This document shows, one piece after another, positions 62,823 through 64,000 of a stretch of 64,000 nt of DNA. Both the position numbers and the translations under genes were made by a program. The notes below the pieces were generated by a model. That model searched no databases. It was not told where the DNA came from and was given only the letters and a program-made list of their open reading frames with translations. The first letter of the stretch is position 1. Every line of letters starts with the position of its first letter. This stretch comes from the human T2T-CHM13v2.0 reference genome, Homo sapiens: NCBI RefSeq assembly GCF_009914755.1, contig NC_060932.1. The stretch is one strand, 5' to 3'.

Positions 62823-64000
62823 CTAGAAGCATAATAAAGCTGAAAATTCAACAGCAGTTGCTTTTAAAGTTTCTGAAAACAGAAAGAAATTAGCTAGATT
62901 AAGAGTATCTCAAAAACAATTGTGTGACACTCTGCAGATGGATTTGATCCATAAACAAAGAAATATTTGCATGTATTGACAATAGTTAATAACTATAAAA
63001 GATAAGCCTTAAGCTTTTACACAATTTCTCTGTCTCAAAATACTGTCACATAATAAATTATATCTCCTCTTTAAGATCAAATATTGCAATTCATTTAGTG
63101 TGTGAATCAAATACCTGTAGACCTGGACCTGTAATAAAGACAATAATGGCCTATGAGCCAGTAAACCTTGACTTCAACTAAACATACATAGAGTTGGCAG
63201 GTTTTAACAACAATTATAAGAAGTAAAGGCACCAGTGGCAAAATTTAAAAGTTCAAACACTGTTCTCATTGTTTGGGAAATCATTTTCACTACCTCAGAA
63301 GCTGACTGTCTATTATGTATTCTCCAGTGGCCTCTACCATCCTTTTCAGTATTCAAGGATTTAACTACTTGTTTCTAAAAACTACCCCACCAACTATACA
63401 TCTGGAAATGTTTGCTTTTGAAACTTTTCTCTAGAAATCAATGTCTATTATACTAATCTCTTCCCTGGCGAATGGTTTAGAGTTCTTTCAAGACGCCACC
63501 ATTACAAGGTAGTTATCTTAACTCCTTGTTTAATCCTGACTCCAGTGTTTACTAGAGTTGTGACTAAATGACATGAGCATCACTCTTTTCACCTTTGAAA
63601 ATAAATACGTCTGCTCCACCTTTCACGTGTAAAGTTGTTAAGAAAAATTCAAGTATTTTACCATTATTCTGAACAGAGAAATTTCTCATTTTTCTACCAG
63701 AAGAATGTTGCTGTAAGCATCAAATAAACACTAGTTTCCTTTGTATAGTGTCCTGGAGATAAAGCTATCAGGGCTTTTATACGGCTGAGCAGGATCATGG
63801 AAAGAATTCAGCATCACATCCTCACCACAGAAAACACCCTACTCCTGATTCCCTAAAGCTTACATGAAGGAAGCCCTTGTGGTGGAGACCTGGACAATCA
63901 TTTCAGTGAACAGACAGAGAGCAAAAGGGAACATTTCTACGAAAAGATCCCCAACCCAAGCCTTTCAGTACATCAAGCAGTAGTGCTGTGCACTTACCAT

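Overview
This is human (hominid) genomic DNA, recognisable as the 8p23.1 MTMR9 - SLC35G5 (AMAC1L2) - TDH locus. All three genes lie on the minus strand. (1) MTMR9: the last six coding exons (62822 to 46224), with consistent splice phases, the dead phosphatase loop HGTEGTDST, and a ~5.4 kb 3' UTR ending near 40860. (2) SLC35G5: an intronless 338-aa DMT/EamA-type transporter retrocopy (36891-37907) directly downstream of an SVA element (38062-39690), i.e. the known SVA-mediated 3' transduction of the AMAC gene. No target-site duplication is visible and the flanking Alu is truncated. (3) TDH: the unitary pseudogene for L-threonine 3-dehydrogenase. Its eight coding exons (12922 to 3320) reconstruct a 369-codon ORF with only two lesions, the exon-6 acceptor AG>GG (6161) and R214X (6127-6129). 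A CpG island at ~20.5-22.1 kb carries a plausible TDH promoter and non-coding first exon. The rest is Alu, L1, MIR, hAT-Charlie, Tigger1, ERV1, ERVL and MaLR repeats. I found no prokaryotic-type systems, CRISPR arrays, tRNAs or rRNAs, and no wholly new gene system. The best new-looking leads are an inverted Alu pair bracketing the lost TDH exon 6 (part of a strictly alternating run of ten Alus), a strong out-of-frame overlapping uORF on SLC35G5, an apparent target-site deletion at the SVA, a perfect Maf site inside a MER5 near the TDH promoter, and a young AluYa-lineage insertion. Exon boundaries were read base by base. Repeat boundaries and subfamily names are by eye and approximate.
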